DNA of 64,000 bases from Gemmatimonadaceae bacterium (GTDB lineage: Bacteria > Gemmatimonadota > Gemmatimonadetes > Gemmatimonadales > Gemmatimonadaceae): positions 32,001 through 96,000 of the forward strand of contig JANRJP010000102.1 of NCBI GenBank assembly GCA_033763905.1. The letters run 5' to 3'. Under the pieces are notes generated by a model. It saw nothing but the letters and a program-made list of their open reading frames with translations. It did not search any database and was not told the DNA's origin. The translations under genes were made by a program, and so were the position numbers. This document shows, piece by piece, positions 1 through 10,568 of the stretch (positions within the stretch are counted from its first letter, which is position 1; the number at the start of each line of letters is the position of its first letter).

Positions 1-19
1 GCCGCGCTGCCGACGCCGG

Positions 20-1987
20 CTACGCTGCCCGCTGGCCCGAGCGCCGAGACCGCGTTGCGCGATCGCTGAGCTGGAAGGCGGCCGTGCGCTCCTGCAGGAC
101 GGACGACTGCTTCCGGAGCGCTTCGGCACCAGCCGACGTCTCCTCTGCCGTGGCGGCGCCCTGCGTCGTCAGGTCGCTGATCGTCTCGAGCGCCGAGACC
201 ACCTGCGCGACACTGGTCGTCTGCTGTTCGGCCGCGTCGGCGACGCGGTGGATGACGTCGGTGAGTTCGGCGATGCGCGAATCCACAGTAATGATCCCGG
301 AAACCGCGTCCTCGCCGAGGGCGCTGCCTTGCTCCACGGCGCCCAAGCTCTCCTCGATCAACTGCGCGGTTTGACGCGCGGCTTCGCCGCTTCGGGTCGC
401 TAGGGCGCGCACCTCTTCGGCCACGACGGCGAATCCTCTGCCGGCGTCACCGGCACGCGCCGCTTCCACCGCCGCGTTGAGCGCGAGGAGATTGGTCTGG
501 AACGCGATCTCGTCGATGGTGCGCACCACGCGCGACGTGGCCTCAGCCGTTGTCCGGATGCGATTGAGCGCGTTGGCGAGCGCTTCGAGCGACGACTTGC
601 CGGCGCTTGATGCCTGCTGTGCGGCCTGCGTCAGCGCGCGAGCGCCCGCAGCTTCCCGCGCGACGGCGCGGCTGGTGTCGCGCTGCACCGTCGCGTGGGC
701 GGTGATTTCCTGCAACTGCCCTGCCTGCGTGCTGGCCGCGTCGGCGCTGAGGACGGCGCCAGAGGCGATTTCGTCGCCGGCGCGGGCGATGGTGTCGGCG
801 GCCGTGGCCACGTCGCGCAGGGTGGCATCGAGCGCGTCGAGCGTTTCGTTCAAGGCGCGTGCGATGTCGCCCTGCTCACCGGTGTGATGCCCCTGCACGC
901 GCACGGCCAGATTGCCCGCGGCCATTTCGGCCAACACCCCGCGGAACTCCCGGTTGGCGTCGAGCATCGGCTGGATCACGCCGTCGAGTGCCGCGTTCAT
1001 CGTGCGGGCGAGCTGGAGCAGTTCGCCCTGGAAGCCGGTGGTGTCGATCCGGTGCGTCAGCTCGCCGCGCTGCATCGCTCGGGCCAGTCCTTGCACGCCT
1101 TCGACGACGCGCGCCAACTCGCGCTGCGTGGTGCTGAAGCTCTGGACGGTGTCCTGCGTCTTGCCGGTGATGGTATCGATCGCGTTGGCGAGCTGGCCGA
1201 GCTCGTCGGACCGCCCCAGGAGCAGCTTCGTCGTCTTCGGTTCCACGACCACCGAGAAGTCACCGGCCGCCATCGCGCGGCTGGCACGCTCGAGGCCGCC
1301 GATGCAATGGACCACGAGCGACTCCGCCTTGGCCTGCATCGAGGACACGACGTGTCCCAGATCGCGCATCAGCCGGTAGGCGGTGAACAGCGACAGCAGC
1401 AGAATGATCGCGCCGAGAATGATCGCGGTCGTCCGCGCGCGGTTGACGGCGGCGGCGGAGGTGTCGAGCTCCTCGCGCGAGACGCGGAGCTGCAGGTCGA
1501 CGAGTTGTTCGAAGCGGGCCTGCGCCGGGGCAAGCTTGGCATCGAGCGCCGATTGCCGCTCGAGAATCGCCGTCGCGCTCGGAGCGCCCTTGCGGAACTC
1601 CACCGCGTCGACGAGCGCGTTCCGGGCCTCCGCGAAATCGATCTTCTGCGCATCGGCGAGCTGCTGCTCTTCCGGCGTCAGATAGGTCGCGAGATACGCC
1701 GTCCACACCGAGTCCGACATCTTGATCAGCGTGCCAACCTCGCGTTCGACCGTCGGCAGGTCAGCGAGCGGGTTGGTGACGATCGCCTCGGCTTGCGCGA
1801 GGTTGGTCTTGAGGTGCGCCAGCTGATCGAGCACCAGGACGCGGTCGGCATACACGGTGCCAAAGCGGGCCTGCGTGGCGGACATCGCCGAGAGCGCGAC
1901 CACGGCAAAGGCGACGAAGACCGCAGCGACGGCTGCGAATCCCAAGCCGACCCGAGCACGAACCGACAACCTCGACGAACCTCTCAT
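20..1987 (-). CDS. Methyl-accepting chemotaxis protein (TM, four-helix-bundle-type sensor, TM, several HAMP-like segments, signalling domain)
   Basis: Hairpin-tip motif [37 protein letters not shown]; two hydrophobic TM segments; ATG at 1987 preceded by GGAGAGGAAA. Confidence 0.95.
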   Translation of the reverse strand: MRGSSRLSVRARVGLGFAAVAAVFVAFAVVALSAMSATQARFGTVYADRVLVLDQLAHLKTNLAQAEAIVTNPLADLPTVEREVGTLIKMSDSVWTAYLATYLTPEEQQLADAQKIDFAEARNALVDAVEFRKGAPSATAILERQSALDAKLAPAQARFEQLVDLQLRVSREELDTSAAAVNRARTTAIILGAIILLLSLFTAYRLMRDLGHVVSSMQAKAESLVVHCIGGLERASRAMAAGDFSVVVEPKTTKLLLGRSDELGQLANAIDTITGKTQDTVQSFSTTQRELARVVEGVQGLARAMQRGELTHRIDTTGFQGELLQLARTMNAALDGVIQPMLDANREFRGVLAEMAAGNLAVRVQGHHTGEQGDIARALNETLDALDATLRDVATAADTIARAGDEIASGAVLSADAASTQAGQLQEITAHATVQRDTSRAVAREAAGARALTQAAQQASSAGKSSLEALANALNRIRTTAEATSRVVRTIDEIAFQTNLLALNAAVEAARAGDAGRGFAVVAEEVRALATRSGEAARQTAQLIEESLGAVEQGSALGEDAVSGIITVDSRIAELTDVIHRVADAAEQQTTSVAQVVSALETISDLTTQGAATAEETSAGAEALRKQSSVLQERTAAFQLSDRATRSRRSGQRAA

Positions 1988-2058
1988 TACGCTTTCCTCT
2001 CCAGGATCCGGAGAGCCGACACGGGTACCGCACCCGCCCGGCCTCCGATTCCTGAGTG

Positions 2059-2086
2059 GTTTCGTCAACTGTTAAAAGAACCTTTA
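2059..2086 (-). promoter_or_regulatory. Possible sigma28 (FliA/SigD)-type promoter for the MCP gene
   Basis: Minus strand reads TAAA-N16-GACGAAAC (consensus TAAA-N15/16-GCCGATAA) in an AT-rich patch ~70 nt upstream of the MCP start. Confidence 0.4.
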
Positions 2087-2106
2087 GTCCAAACCGATGG
2101 TGAACG

Positions 2107-2622
2107 TCACGCCGGCGGCAGGACTCGCAGGAGTCCTTGGGCGAAGGCGGGCAGATCCTTGGGCACCCGCGCGCTTACGAGGTTGCCGTCCACCACGCAG
2201 GGTTCGTCCACCCAGCGGGCGCCCGCGTTCTCCACGTCGTCGCGGATCCCCACCGTGCTCGTCAGCGTCCGGCCCCGGACGATGCCGGCGGAGATCAGGA
2301 TCCACGGCCCGTGGCAGATCGTGCCGACCAGCTTGCCCTGTTCGTGCACGCGTCGCACGAGCGCCAGCAGGTCCCGGTCACGCCGCAGCTTGTCTGGGGC
2401 CCACCCGCCCGGGGCAATGATGCCGACCAACGCGTCGGCGGTGTAGTCGCGCACGTGGCCATCCATTGTGGCCGGGTACCCGTGCTTTCCGCGGTACGCG
2501 GGTTCGCCGATACCAGCCAGCGGCACGGTGAACCCGGCCTCCTCCAGCCGCAGCTTGGGATACCACACCTCGAGGTCTTCGTACTCGGGGCCGCAGAGCA
2601 TCAGGACGGTACCACGTGACAT
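2107..2622 (-). CDS. PfpI/DJ-1 family type 1 glutamine amidotransferase-like protein
   Basis: EYEDLE, PGGWAPDKLR, ICHG nucleophile elbow, VVDGNLVSARVPKDL; 171 aa. Confidence 0.92.
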   Translation of the reverse strand: MSRGTVLMLCGPEYEDLEVWYPKLRLEEAGFTVPLAGIGEPAYRGKHGYPATMDGHVRDYTADALVGIIAPGGWAPDKLRRDRDLLALVRRVHEQGKLVGTICHGPWILISAGIVRGRTLTSTVGIRDDVENAGARWVDEPCVVDGNLVSARVPKDLPAFAQGLLRVLPPA

Positions 2623-2705
2623 GGGCGTGCGTATCGGAAAGGGGAGGGTGGACCCGTGCAGCGTCGGGGGCGTGCATCTTTACGTCCTGCGGGCCGGGAT
2701 GCACA

Positions 2706-3512
2706 ATGCCGGAGGCGACGACGCCGTCTGGCGGGGTCGCCCCTTACGCCAGAACACGGGGACGAGTGCCGAGTACCAGAACGCCGACGAGCCGCCCGAA
2801 GAGTACCAAAGCCGCCGCGCGGCCGCCCAAGCGCACTCGCACCGCCACCAAGGCGCGCGCCGCCGCCGCGTCGCGGATGATCCGCGTGACCGAGTGGGAG
2901 TTGCAACGGATTCTGCTCGATATTCACGACGGACCGGTGCAGTCGATGTATGCGGCGCTGTCGCAGTTGGATCTGCTCCGCCGCACCCTGGAGGGCTGCG
3001 AGGGCGACGGCGTCGTCGAGGCTCGCGAACGGGCGGACCGCATTCGCCGGTCGCTGGAGACCGGGTTGGCCGAGGTCCGGCAGTTCATCGGCGAGTTCCG
3101 GCCGCCCGAATTCAAGGACCGGCGGCTGTTGGAGTTGCTCGAGGCACTGGCACTGCAGCACGAAGCGGCCACCGATACGCGAGTGATGCTGGCGGTGCGA
3201 TCGACCGTCCCCGAGACGGCGCTGCCCGTGAACATCGTGCTGTATCGCGTAATGCAGGAGGCGCTGTCCAATGCGTACCGCCACGGTGGGGCGCGCACGG
3301 TCCACGTGACGGTGAGCCCCGCGGGCCGAACCGCAGTACGGATGACCATTTCCGATGATGGGGCGGGGTTTGATCCGGGGGTGGAAGCCCCCGATGCACA
3401 CTTTGGGCTCAAAGGGATGCGAGATCGCGTCGAGATGATTGGCGGGCGATTCGGCCTCACGAGCCGCCTGGGGCGGGGAACGCAGGTCGCCGTCGAGGTA
3501 CCGCTTCGATGA
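2706..3512 (+). CDS. HisKA_3-type histidine kinase, apparently cytoplasmic (start uncertain: 2706 or 2877)
   Basis: RILLDIHDGPVQ H-box, QEALSNAYRH N-box, DDGAGF G1, HFGLKGMRDR; overlaps the response regulator by ATGA. Confidence 0.88.
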   Translation: MPEATTPSGGVAPYARTRGRVPSTRTPTSRPKSTKAAARPPKRTRTATKARAAAASRMIRVTEWELQRILLDIHDGPVQSMYAALSQLDLLRRTLEGCEGDGVVEARERADRIRRSLETGLAEVRQFIGEFRPPEFKDRRLLELLEALALQHEAATDTRVMLAVRSTVPETALPVNIVLYRVMQEALSNAYRHGGARTVHVTVSPAGRTAVRMTISDDGAGFDPGVEAPDAHFGLKGMRDRVEMIGGRFGLTSRLGRGTQVAVEVPLR

Positions 3513-4141
3513 CCAAGATCCGCGTCGTATTGGCCGACGACCACGAGTTGGTGCTCGAAGGACTCCGCGCGCTGCTGTCCGCGGAACGGGACATTGAAGT
3601 GCTGGCGACGACGACGAGTGGCGAGCAGTTGGTGGAACTGGTGCGCAAGCACAAGCCCGATGTCGCGGTGCTCGACCTCGAAATGGGCCCGATGAGCGGG
3701 CTGGCCTGCCTGTCGAAGATCCGCGCCGAGAAGTTGCCGGTCCGAGTGCTGGTGCTGACCGCGTACAACGATGGCGCGAGTATCCGTGCCGCGCTGGAGG
3801 GCGGTGCGGACGGATTCGCGCTGAAGACGGAGCCGCCGCAGCAGACGGTGTCGAGCGTGCGGCAGGTGGTGCGGGGGCAACTCGTGTTTCCGGCCGCGGC
3901 CAAGCGGTGGCTGCTTGGGCGTCAGGCGCCGCCGGATCCGGAAAAGCTCACCGAGCGGGAGCAAGCCGTGCTGGCGCTCGTGGCCGAGGGCGTCACCAAC
4001 GCCGAGATCGCGCGGCAACTTCGCGTGTCGGAAAACACCGTGAAGTTCCACCTGCAGAACCTGTATCTGAAGCTCGGGGTCTCGAACCGGACGGAAGCGG
4101 CGGCGCACTTCCTGCGCGAGCGGGCGTTGCGGCGGTCGTGA
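3509..4141 (+). CDS. NarL/FixJ family response regulator (REC + LuxR HTH)
   Basis: VVLADDH, VLDLEM, LTEREQAVLALVAEGVTNAEIARQLRVSENTVKFHL. Confidence 0.95.
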   Translation: MTKIRVVLADDHELVLEGLRALLSAERDIEVLATTTSGEQLVELVRKHKPDVAVLDLEMGPMSGLACLSKIRAEKLPVRVLVLTAYNDGASIRAALEGGADGFALKTEPPQQTVSSVRQVVRGQLVFPAAAKRWLLGRQAPPDPEKLTEREQAVLALVAEGVTNAEIARQLRVSENTVKFHLQNLYLKLGVSNRTEAAAHFLRERALRRS

Positions 4142-4184
4142 GGCTGCTGGTCGGATCACGGCGGCCACGCAGTCAATCCGAACG

Positions 4185-4215
4185 AAAAACGCCCCGCCGA
4201 TACTGGCGGGGCGTT
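4185..4215 (-). terminator. Intrinsic terminator for the small minus-strand gene, possibly bidirectional
   Basis: AACGCCCCGCC / GGCGGGGCGTT inverted repeat; T-run follows on the minus strand; lies between convergent genes. Confidence 0.8.
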
Positions 4216-4237
4216 CTGCTTGCAGGCCGCGTGCCGC

Positions 4238-4390
4238 TCAGGCCTTCTTGTCCTGCAGCCAGGTCAGCGGAATGATGAACAGCGGGGTCAGGAACGTCAC
4301 GAGAAGGACGTTGATCCAGATCAGCGCGGTGTAGTACGCGCCCATCCCGAGACCAGCCCACAGCATTCCAAGCGCACCGTTGCTCTGCAC
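4238..4390 (-). CDS. Small hydrophobic membrane protein, 50 aa (MQSNGALGMLWAGLGMGAYYTALIWINVLLVTFLTPLFIIPLTWLQDKKA)
   Basis: AAGGAGAG RBS before GTG, GC3-rich codons, own terminator; below the ORF-track size cutoff. Confidence 0.75.
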   Translation of the reverse strand: MQSNGALGMLWAGLGMGAYYTALIWINVLLVTFLTPLFIIPLTWLQDKKA

Positions 4391-4518
4391 GAGATTCTCT
4401 CCTTGAGGGTGACCCAGCGGGGCGAAAACTAGCGACCCCCGGTTTCCGGGCGCCAGTCGTTACCTCGAGTTAATGGCCGGCCACCCCCGGCCCGTTCCCG
4501 TGCTACGATTCGCATCCG

Positions 4519-5808
4519 ATGGCCAGGCGTACGAATCCCGTCGAGCTCGCGGTCACGGCGGGGGTGGCAGGTGCCGCCCCCGGGGGGCTCGTGGTGGCCG
4601 TGTCGGGTGGCCGGGATTCTATGGTCCTGCTCCACGCCATTCGCGCGCTGTCGCTGTCAGACCGGGTGGCGACAGTCGCCGTGTTCGACCACCGAGCCTC
4701 GGCCGAGACGTCCGCGGCGGCACGCGACGCCGCGGCCATTGCCCAGCGCTGGGGTTTTCGGGCCGTCATCGGGACGCCCGAACATCCGATGCCGGCGGCG
4801 TCGGAGGCCGAGTGGCGACGGGCCCGGTGGGAGTTCCTCCGCGCAGCCGCGGCGCCGCTCGGGGCGCTGGTGGTAACGGCCCACACCCAGGACGATCACG
4901 TGGAAACCGTCGCGTACCGCCTCTGGCGCGGGAGTGGCCCCCGCGGGCTTGCCGGTCTCGACGTGGACGGTAGCCCCCTCCGCCCGCTGTTGGGGGTGCC
5001 GCGGGCTGCCGTCGCGGCGTACGCCGCCGCGCACGACGTCCCGTGGGCGGCGGACCCGTCGAACGAGGACCGGCGGTACGCCCGCGTGCGCTGGCGGCAC
5101 GAGCTGCTCCCGGCGATCGCGCGGGTGCGCCCCGAATTCCGGGATGAGCTGCTCGGGATTGCCACGCGCGCTGCGGCGTGGCGACGCGAGGCCGAACGCT
5201 GGGTGCACCGCGCGGTGCGGTTCGACCCGATGGCCGAGGGCACCCTGCTGGTGTCGGACGAGCTTGCTCAGGCGCGGCCGCGAGACGCGGCGTGGCTCTG
5301 GCCGGCCGTGCTCGCGCCGCTGGGGATTCGCCTCGACCGCCGGGGCATTGCGCGGCTCGCCGCCTCCGTGCCGCCGGGGCGCCGGTTGCCGCTCACGGGC
5401 GGCTGGGAACTGTTCCGCGTCGCCACGAGTCAGTGGTGGGTACGTCGTGACGCAGGGCAGACGCTGGCGCCGGTCGACGTCCCGCTGTCCGGGGACGTCC
5501 GCTTCGGCGACTGGGACTTCACCCCGGTCGCGGGACCTGGTGACGCAAGTCCTTGGCACGGCCGGGTCCCTGCCCACATTGATACAGTGGTCCGCGTGTG
5601 GCAGCCTGGCGACCGGCTGGTCGGCGCACACGGTCCACGTCGCGTGAAACGCTGGTTGTCCGATGCCGGGATTCACGGGCCGCTGCGCGCGCGGTGGCCG
5701 GTGGTGGCCACCGGCGCGAACGTCTGGTGGATTCCCGGTGTACAAGTGGCGGTTGTGCCGCCCGAGCTCCCTTGCCTCGCCTATGTCTGTCGCCGTCGAA
5801 CCGAATGA
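4519..5808 (+). CDS. tilS: tRNA(Ile)-lysidine synthetase
   Basis: AVSGGRDS PP-loop, TAHTQDDHVET, C-terminal TilS-C-like region; tilS-hpt-ftsH synteny. Confidence 0.9.
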   Translation: MARRTNPVELAVTAGVAGAAPGGLVVAVSGGRDSMVLLHAIRALSLSDRVATVAVFDHRASAETSAAARDAAAIAQRWGFRAVIGTPEHPMPAASEAEWRRARWEFLRAAAAPLGALVVTAHTQDDHVETVAYRLWRGSGPRGLAGLDVDGSPLRPLLGVPRAAVAAYAAAHDVPWAADPSNEDRRYARVRWRHELLPAIARVRPEFRDELLGIATRAAAWRREAERWVHRAVRFDPMAEGTLLVSDELAQARPRDAAWLWPAVLAPLGIRLDRRGIARLAASVPPGRRLPLTGGWELFRVATSQWWVRRDAGQTLAPVDVPLSGDVRFGDWDFTPVAGPGDASPWHGRVPAHIDTVVRVWQPGDRLVGAHGPRRVKRWLSDAGIHGPLRARWPVVATGANVWWIPGVQVAVVPPELPCLAYVCRRRTE

Positions 5809-6340
5809 TCCGCGCCTGATGGGGCGCACCGTACACCGCGTCGCGTTCTCCGCGCAGGAGATTGCGGCGCGGGTCGAGCGCTTGGGCGCGGAGATCACGG
5901 CGCACTACGGGGACGGCGAACTGCTGATGCTGGGGCTGCTCAAGGGCTCGTTCATCTTCCTCGCCGATCTTGCCCGTTCGGTGCGGCGTCCGGCGCAGCT
6001 CGATTTCATTGTCGCGTCGTCGTACGGGAACGCGACAGTGTCAAGCGGCACGGTGCGGTTGCTCTACGATCCCGAGACGCCGCTTGCCGGCAAGCACATT
6101 CTGTTGGTTGAGGACATCGTCGATTCCGGACGTACCCTGCAGTGTCTGATCGACCTGCTGCAGGCCCGTCGGCCGGCGTCGCTCGAGATCTGCGCGTTGC
6201 TGCACAAGCGCATCGCGACGGAGCTCAAGCACGAACCCAAGTTCATCGGGTTCGATGCCCCGCACGAATTCCTGGTCGGGTACGGACTCGACCACGCGGA
6301 GCAGTTCCGTCACCTCCCGTATATCGCCAGTCTGGCCTAG
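5783..6340 (+). CDS. hpt: Hypoxanthine phosphoribosyltransferase
   Basis: GLLKGSFIFLADL, LLVEDIVDSGRT PRPP motif, FLVGYGLD. Confidence 0.95.
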   Translation: MSVAVEPNDPRLMGRTVHRVAFSAQEIAARVERLGAEITAHYGDGELLMLGLLKGSFIFLADLARSVRRPAQLDFIVASSYGNATVSSGTVRLLYDPETPLAGKHILLVEDIVDSGRTLQCLIDLLQARRPASLEICALLHKRIATELKHEPKFIGFDAPHEFLVGYGLDHAEQFRHLPYIASLA

Positions 6341-6350
6341 CTTCCGACTT

Positions 6351-8330
<1,980 letters not shown>

Positions 8331-8348
8331 GTTCGGGTCGGCGCGGGC

Positions 8349-8398
8349 GGTTGGCGGGGCTCGCTGTGCACTCCGGTGCGCGGCGGGCCCCGCTGGCC
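8349..8398 (+). other. 23-bp RNA stem-loop downstream of ftsH (3' stabiliser or U-less terminator)
   Basis: GGTTGGCGGGGCTCGCTGTGCAC-TCCG-GTGCGCGGCGGGCCCCGCTGGCC; fully paired with 6 G-U wobbles. Confidence 0.6.
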
Positions 8399-8440
8399 TT
8401 CGGGGCACGTTCCCGCGGGCAAGTGTGGTAAATTCCCGAG

Positions 8441-9127
8441 ATGCACTTTCCCGAGTTCAACGACCGGCTGGCTGACGCTCGCGCGCGCATCGAGGATGCC
8501 CGCGCCCGCGGTGGGCACGGGCAGTCGGTGACGCTGGTGGCGGTGACCAAGACGCACGGGCCCGAGGCCGTGCAGACCGCGTACGCAGCCGGCATTACCG
8601 ACGTCGGCGAGAACAAGGTGCAGGAAGCACAGGACAAGATGGCGCAGGTGGCGGCGCCGGTCCGCTGGCATCTGATCGGGCATCTGCAGCGCAACAAGGT
8701 GAAGTTCACTGGGCCGTTTGCGCTGATTCACGGCGTCGATAGTCGGCGACTCGCCGAGGCGATCGACGAGTTCGCCCGCAAGCGCGGTGTCGTCGCCGAG
8801 GTGCTGATGCAGGTGAACGTGTCCGGCGAGGCTACGAAGGGCGGATTGGCGCCCGACGAATGGCCGGCCGAAGCCGACGCGTGGCGCGGGCTCACCGGGC
8901 TGCGCGTGCGCGGCGTGATGACGATGGCGCCCTTCGGTGCGGCGGAATCGGAGTTGCGACGCGTGTTTGCCGGTGCGCGCGCCGCGCGCGACGTGCTGCG
9001 CGCGGCAGGGCACCCGGCGGACGAGTTGTCGATGGGCATGAGTGAGGACTATCCGGTTGCAGTGGAGGAGGGCGCCACAATGGTGCGCCTCGGCACTGCA
9101 CTCTTTGGGGCGAGGACGACGCAGTGA
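8441..9127 (+). CDS. yggS: YggS family PLP homeostasis protein
   Basis: [42 protein letters not shown]. Confidence 0.95.
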   Translation: MHFPEFNDRLADARARIEDARARGGHGQSVTLVAVTKTHGPEAVQTAYAAGITDVGENKVQEAQDKMAQVAAPVRWHLIGHLQRNKVKFTGPFALIHGVDSRRLAEAIDEFARKRGVVAEVLMQVNVSGEATKGGLAPDEWPAEADAWRGLTGLRVRGVMTMAPFGAAESELRRVFAGARAARDVLRAAGHPADELSMGMSEDYPVAVEEGATMVRLGTALFGARTTQ

Positions 9128-9729
9128 CCGACGATCCGTTTCGACTCACACCGCTCGATGTGCGACGGTACGATTTCGGCAGCGCGCTGCGCGGCTACGA
9201 CAAGACGCGCGTCGATCAGTTCCGCGATCAAGTCGCCGACGAACTCGAGCGCGTGTCGCGGCAGGTGGTCGATCTCGAGACGCGGGCGAACGGGTTTCTG
9301 GAACAGCTCCGCGCGTTCCGCGAGCGCGACAAGGCGCTGAACGAAGCGCTGGTCTCGGCGCAGCAGCTGCGCGCGGAGATCCGCGAGCAGGCGGAGCGCG
9401 AGTCGTCGCTGATCCTTCGGGAAGCGCGCGCCGAAGCCGAGCGCATCATCGATGCCGCGCGGCATCAGGTCCAGTCGTTGCGGAGCGAGGCGGAGTACCT
9501 CGAGAAGCAGCGGCGTACCCACCTCCTGCAGCTGCGCGCGATGACCGAACGGCAGCTGGCGGAGGTCGAGGCAATGCTGGCCACGGCGCCGGGCGAGGCG
9601 GTGACGCCGACGGCCGATGCGCCGCCGGCGCGGGCCTCGGTGCCGTCGGCGGCCGCGATGCCGGCGCCGACGCCGTCGTCGTGGCTCGACGCGCCCGCCG
9701 GGGATTCCGGCGAGGACGCCGAGGCGTGA
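9124..9729 (+). CDS. divIVA: DivIVA domain coiled-coil protein
   Basis: [27 protein letters not shown]-terminus followed by coiled coil. Confidence 0.85.
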   Translation: MTDDPFRLTPLDVRRYDFGSALRGYDKTRVDQFRDQVADELERVSRQVVDLETRANGFLEQLRAFRERDKALNEALVSAQQLRAEIREQAERESSLILREARAEAERIIDAARHQVQSLRSEAEYLEKQRRTHLLQLRAMTERQLAEVEAMLATAPGEAVTPTADAPPARASVPSAAAMPAPTPSSWLDAPAGDSGEDAEA

Positions 9730-10568
9730 GTGGGGTCACGGTGGCGGGGACGCACAGCCGCGAGGCCATCGGCCGCGCGGCGGACGCCGTGCGCGCGCGC
9801 TGGGGCAAGACGCCGCAGGCGGCGTTGATTCTCGGGACGGGACTCGGCGCGCTCGGACGCGAGATCGCGATCGAGGCGACGATTCCGTACGACGAGATCC
9901 CGGGCTTCCTGCTCTCCACCGTGGAGTCGCACGCCGGCCGCCTCCTGTGCGGCACGCTCGGCGGCAAGACGGTCGTGGCGATGCAGGGGCGCTTGCATCG
10001 CTACGAGGGGTACTCGTTGCAGCAGGTGACCTTTCCGGTGCGCGTGCTCCGAGCGCTCGGCGCCGACACGCTGATCGTCTCTAACGCCTGCGGGGGAATG
10101 CACCCGCTGTGGGCGCCGGGCGACTTGATGCTGATGGCCGATCACCTGAACCTGCTCGGCGACAATCCGCTGATCGGGCCCAACGACGAGTCGCTCGGGC
10201 CACGGTTCCCGGATATGAGCGCGCCGTACGACGCCGCGCTGCGCGACCACGCCCGCGCGGTGGCGGCGGCGCAGGGCATCACGCTGCGCGAGGGCGTGTA
10301 TGTGGCGGTGCCCGGCCCGAATCTCGAGACGCGGGCGGAGTACCGGATGCTGCGCGCGCTCGGTGCCGATGTCGTGGGGATGAGTACCGTCCCCGAAGTG
10401 ATCGTGGCCGTGCACGGCGGGATGCGCGTGCTCGGCGTGTCGATCATCACCGATCAATGCCTCCCCGACGCGCTCGAGCCCGCCACGCTCGAGAAGATCG
10501 TCGCGGTGGCCACTGCCGCTGAACCGCATTTGACCACCGTCGTCCGCGGCGTGTTGGAGCGCTTGTGA
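9726..10568 (+). CDS. punA: Purine nucleoside phosphorylase (trimeric PunA/XapA type)
   Basis: [39 protein letters not shown] overlap with divIVA. Confidence 0.92.
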   Translation: MSGVTVAGTHSREAIGRAADAVRARWGKTPQAALILGTGLGALGREIAIEATIPYDEIPGFLLSTVESHAGRLLCGTLGGKTVVAMQGRLHRYEGYSLQQVTFPVRVLRALGADTLIVSNACGGMHPLWAPGDLMLMADHLNLLGDNPLIGPNDESLGPRFPDMSAPYDAALRDHARAVAAAQGITLREGVYVAVPGPNLETRAEYRMLRALGADVVGMSTVPEVIVAVHGGMRVLGVSIITDQCLPDALEPATLEKIVAVATAAEPHLTTVVRGVLERL

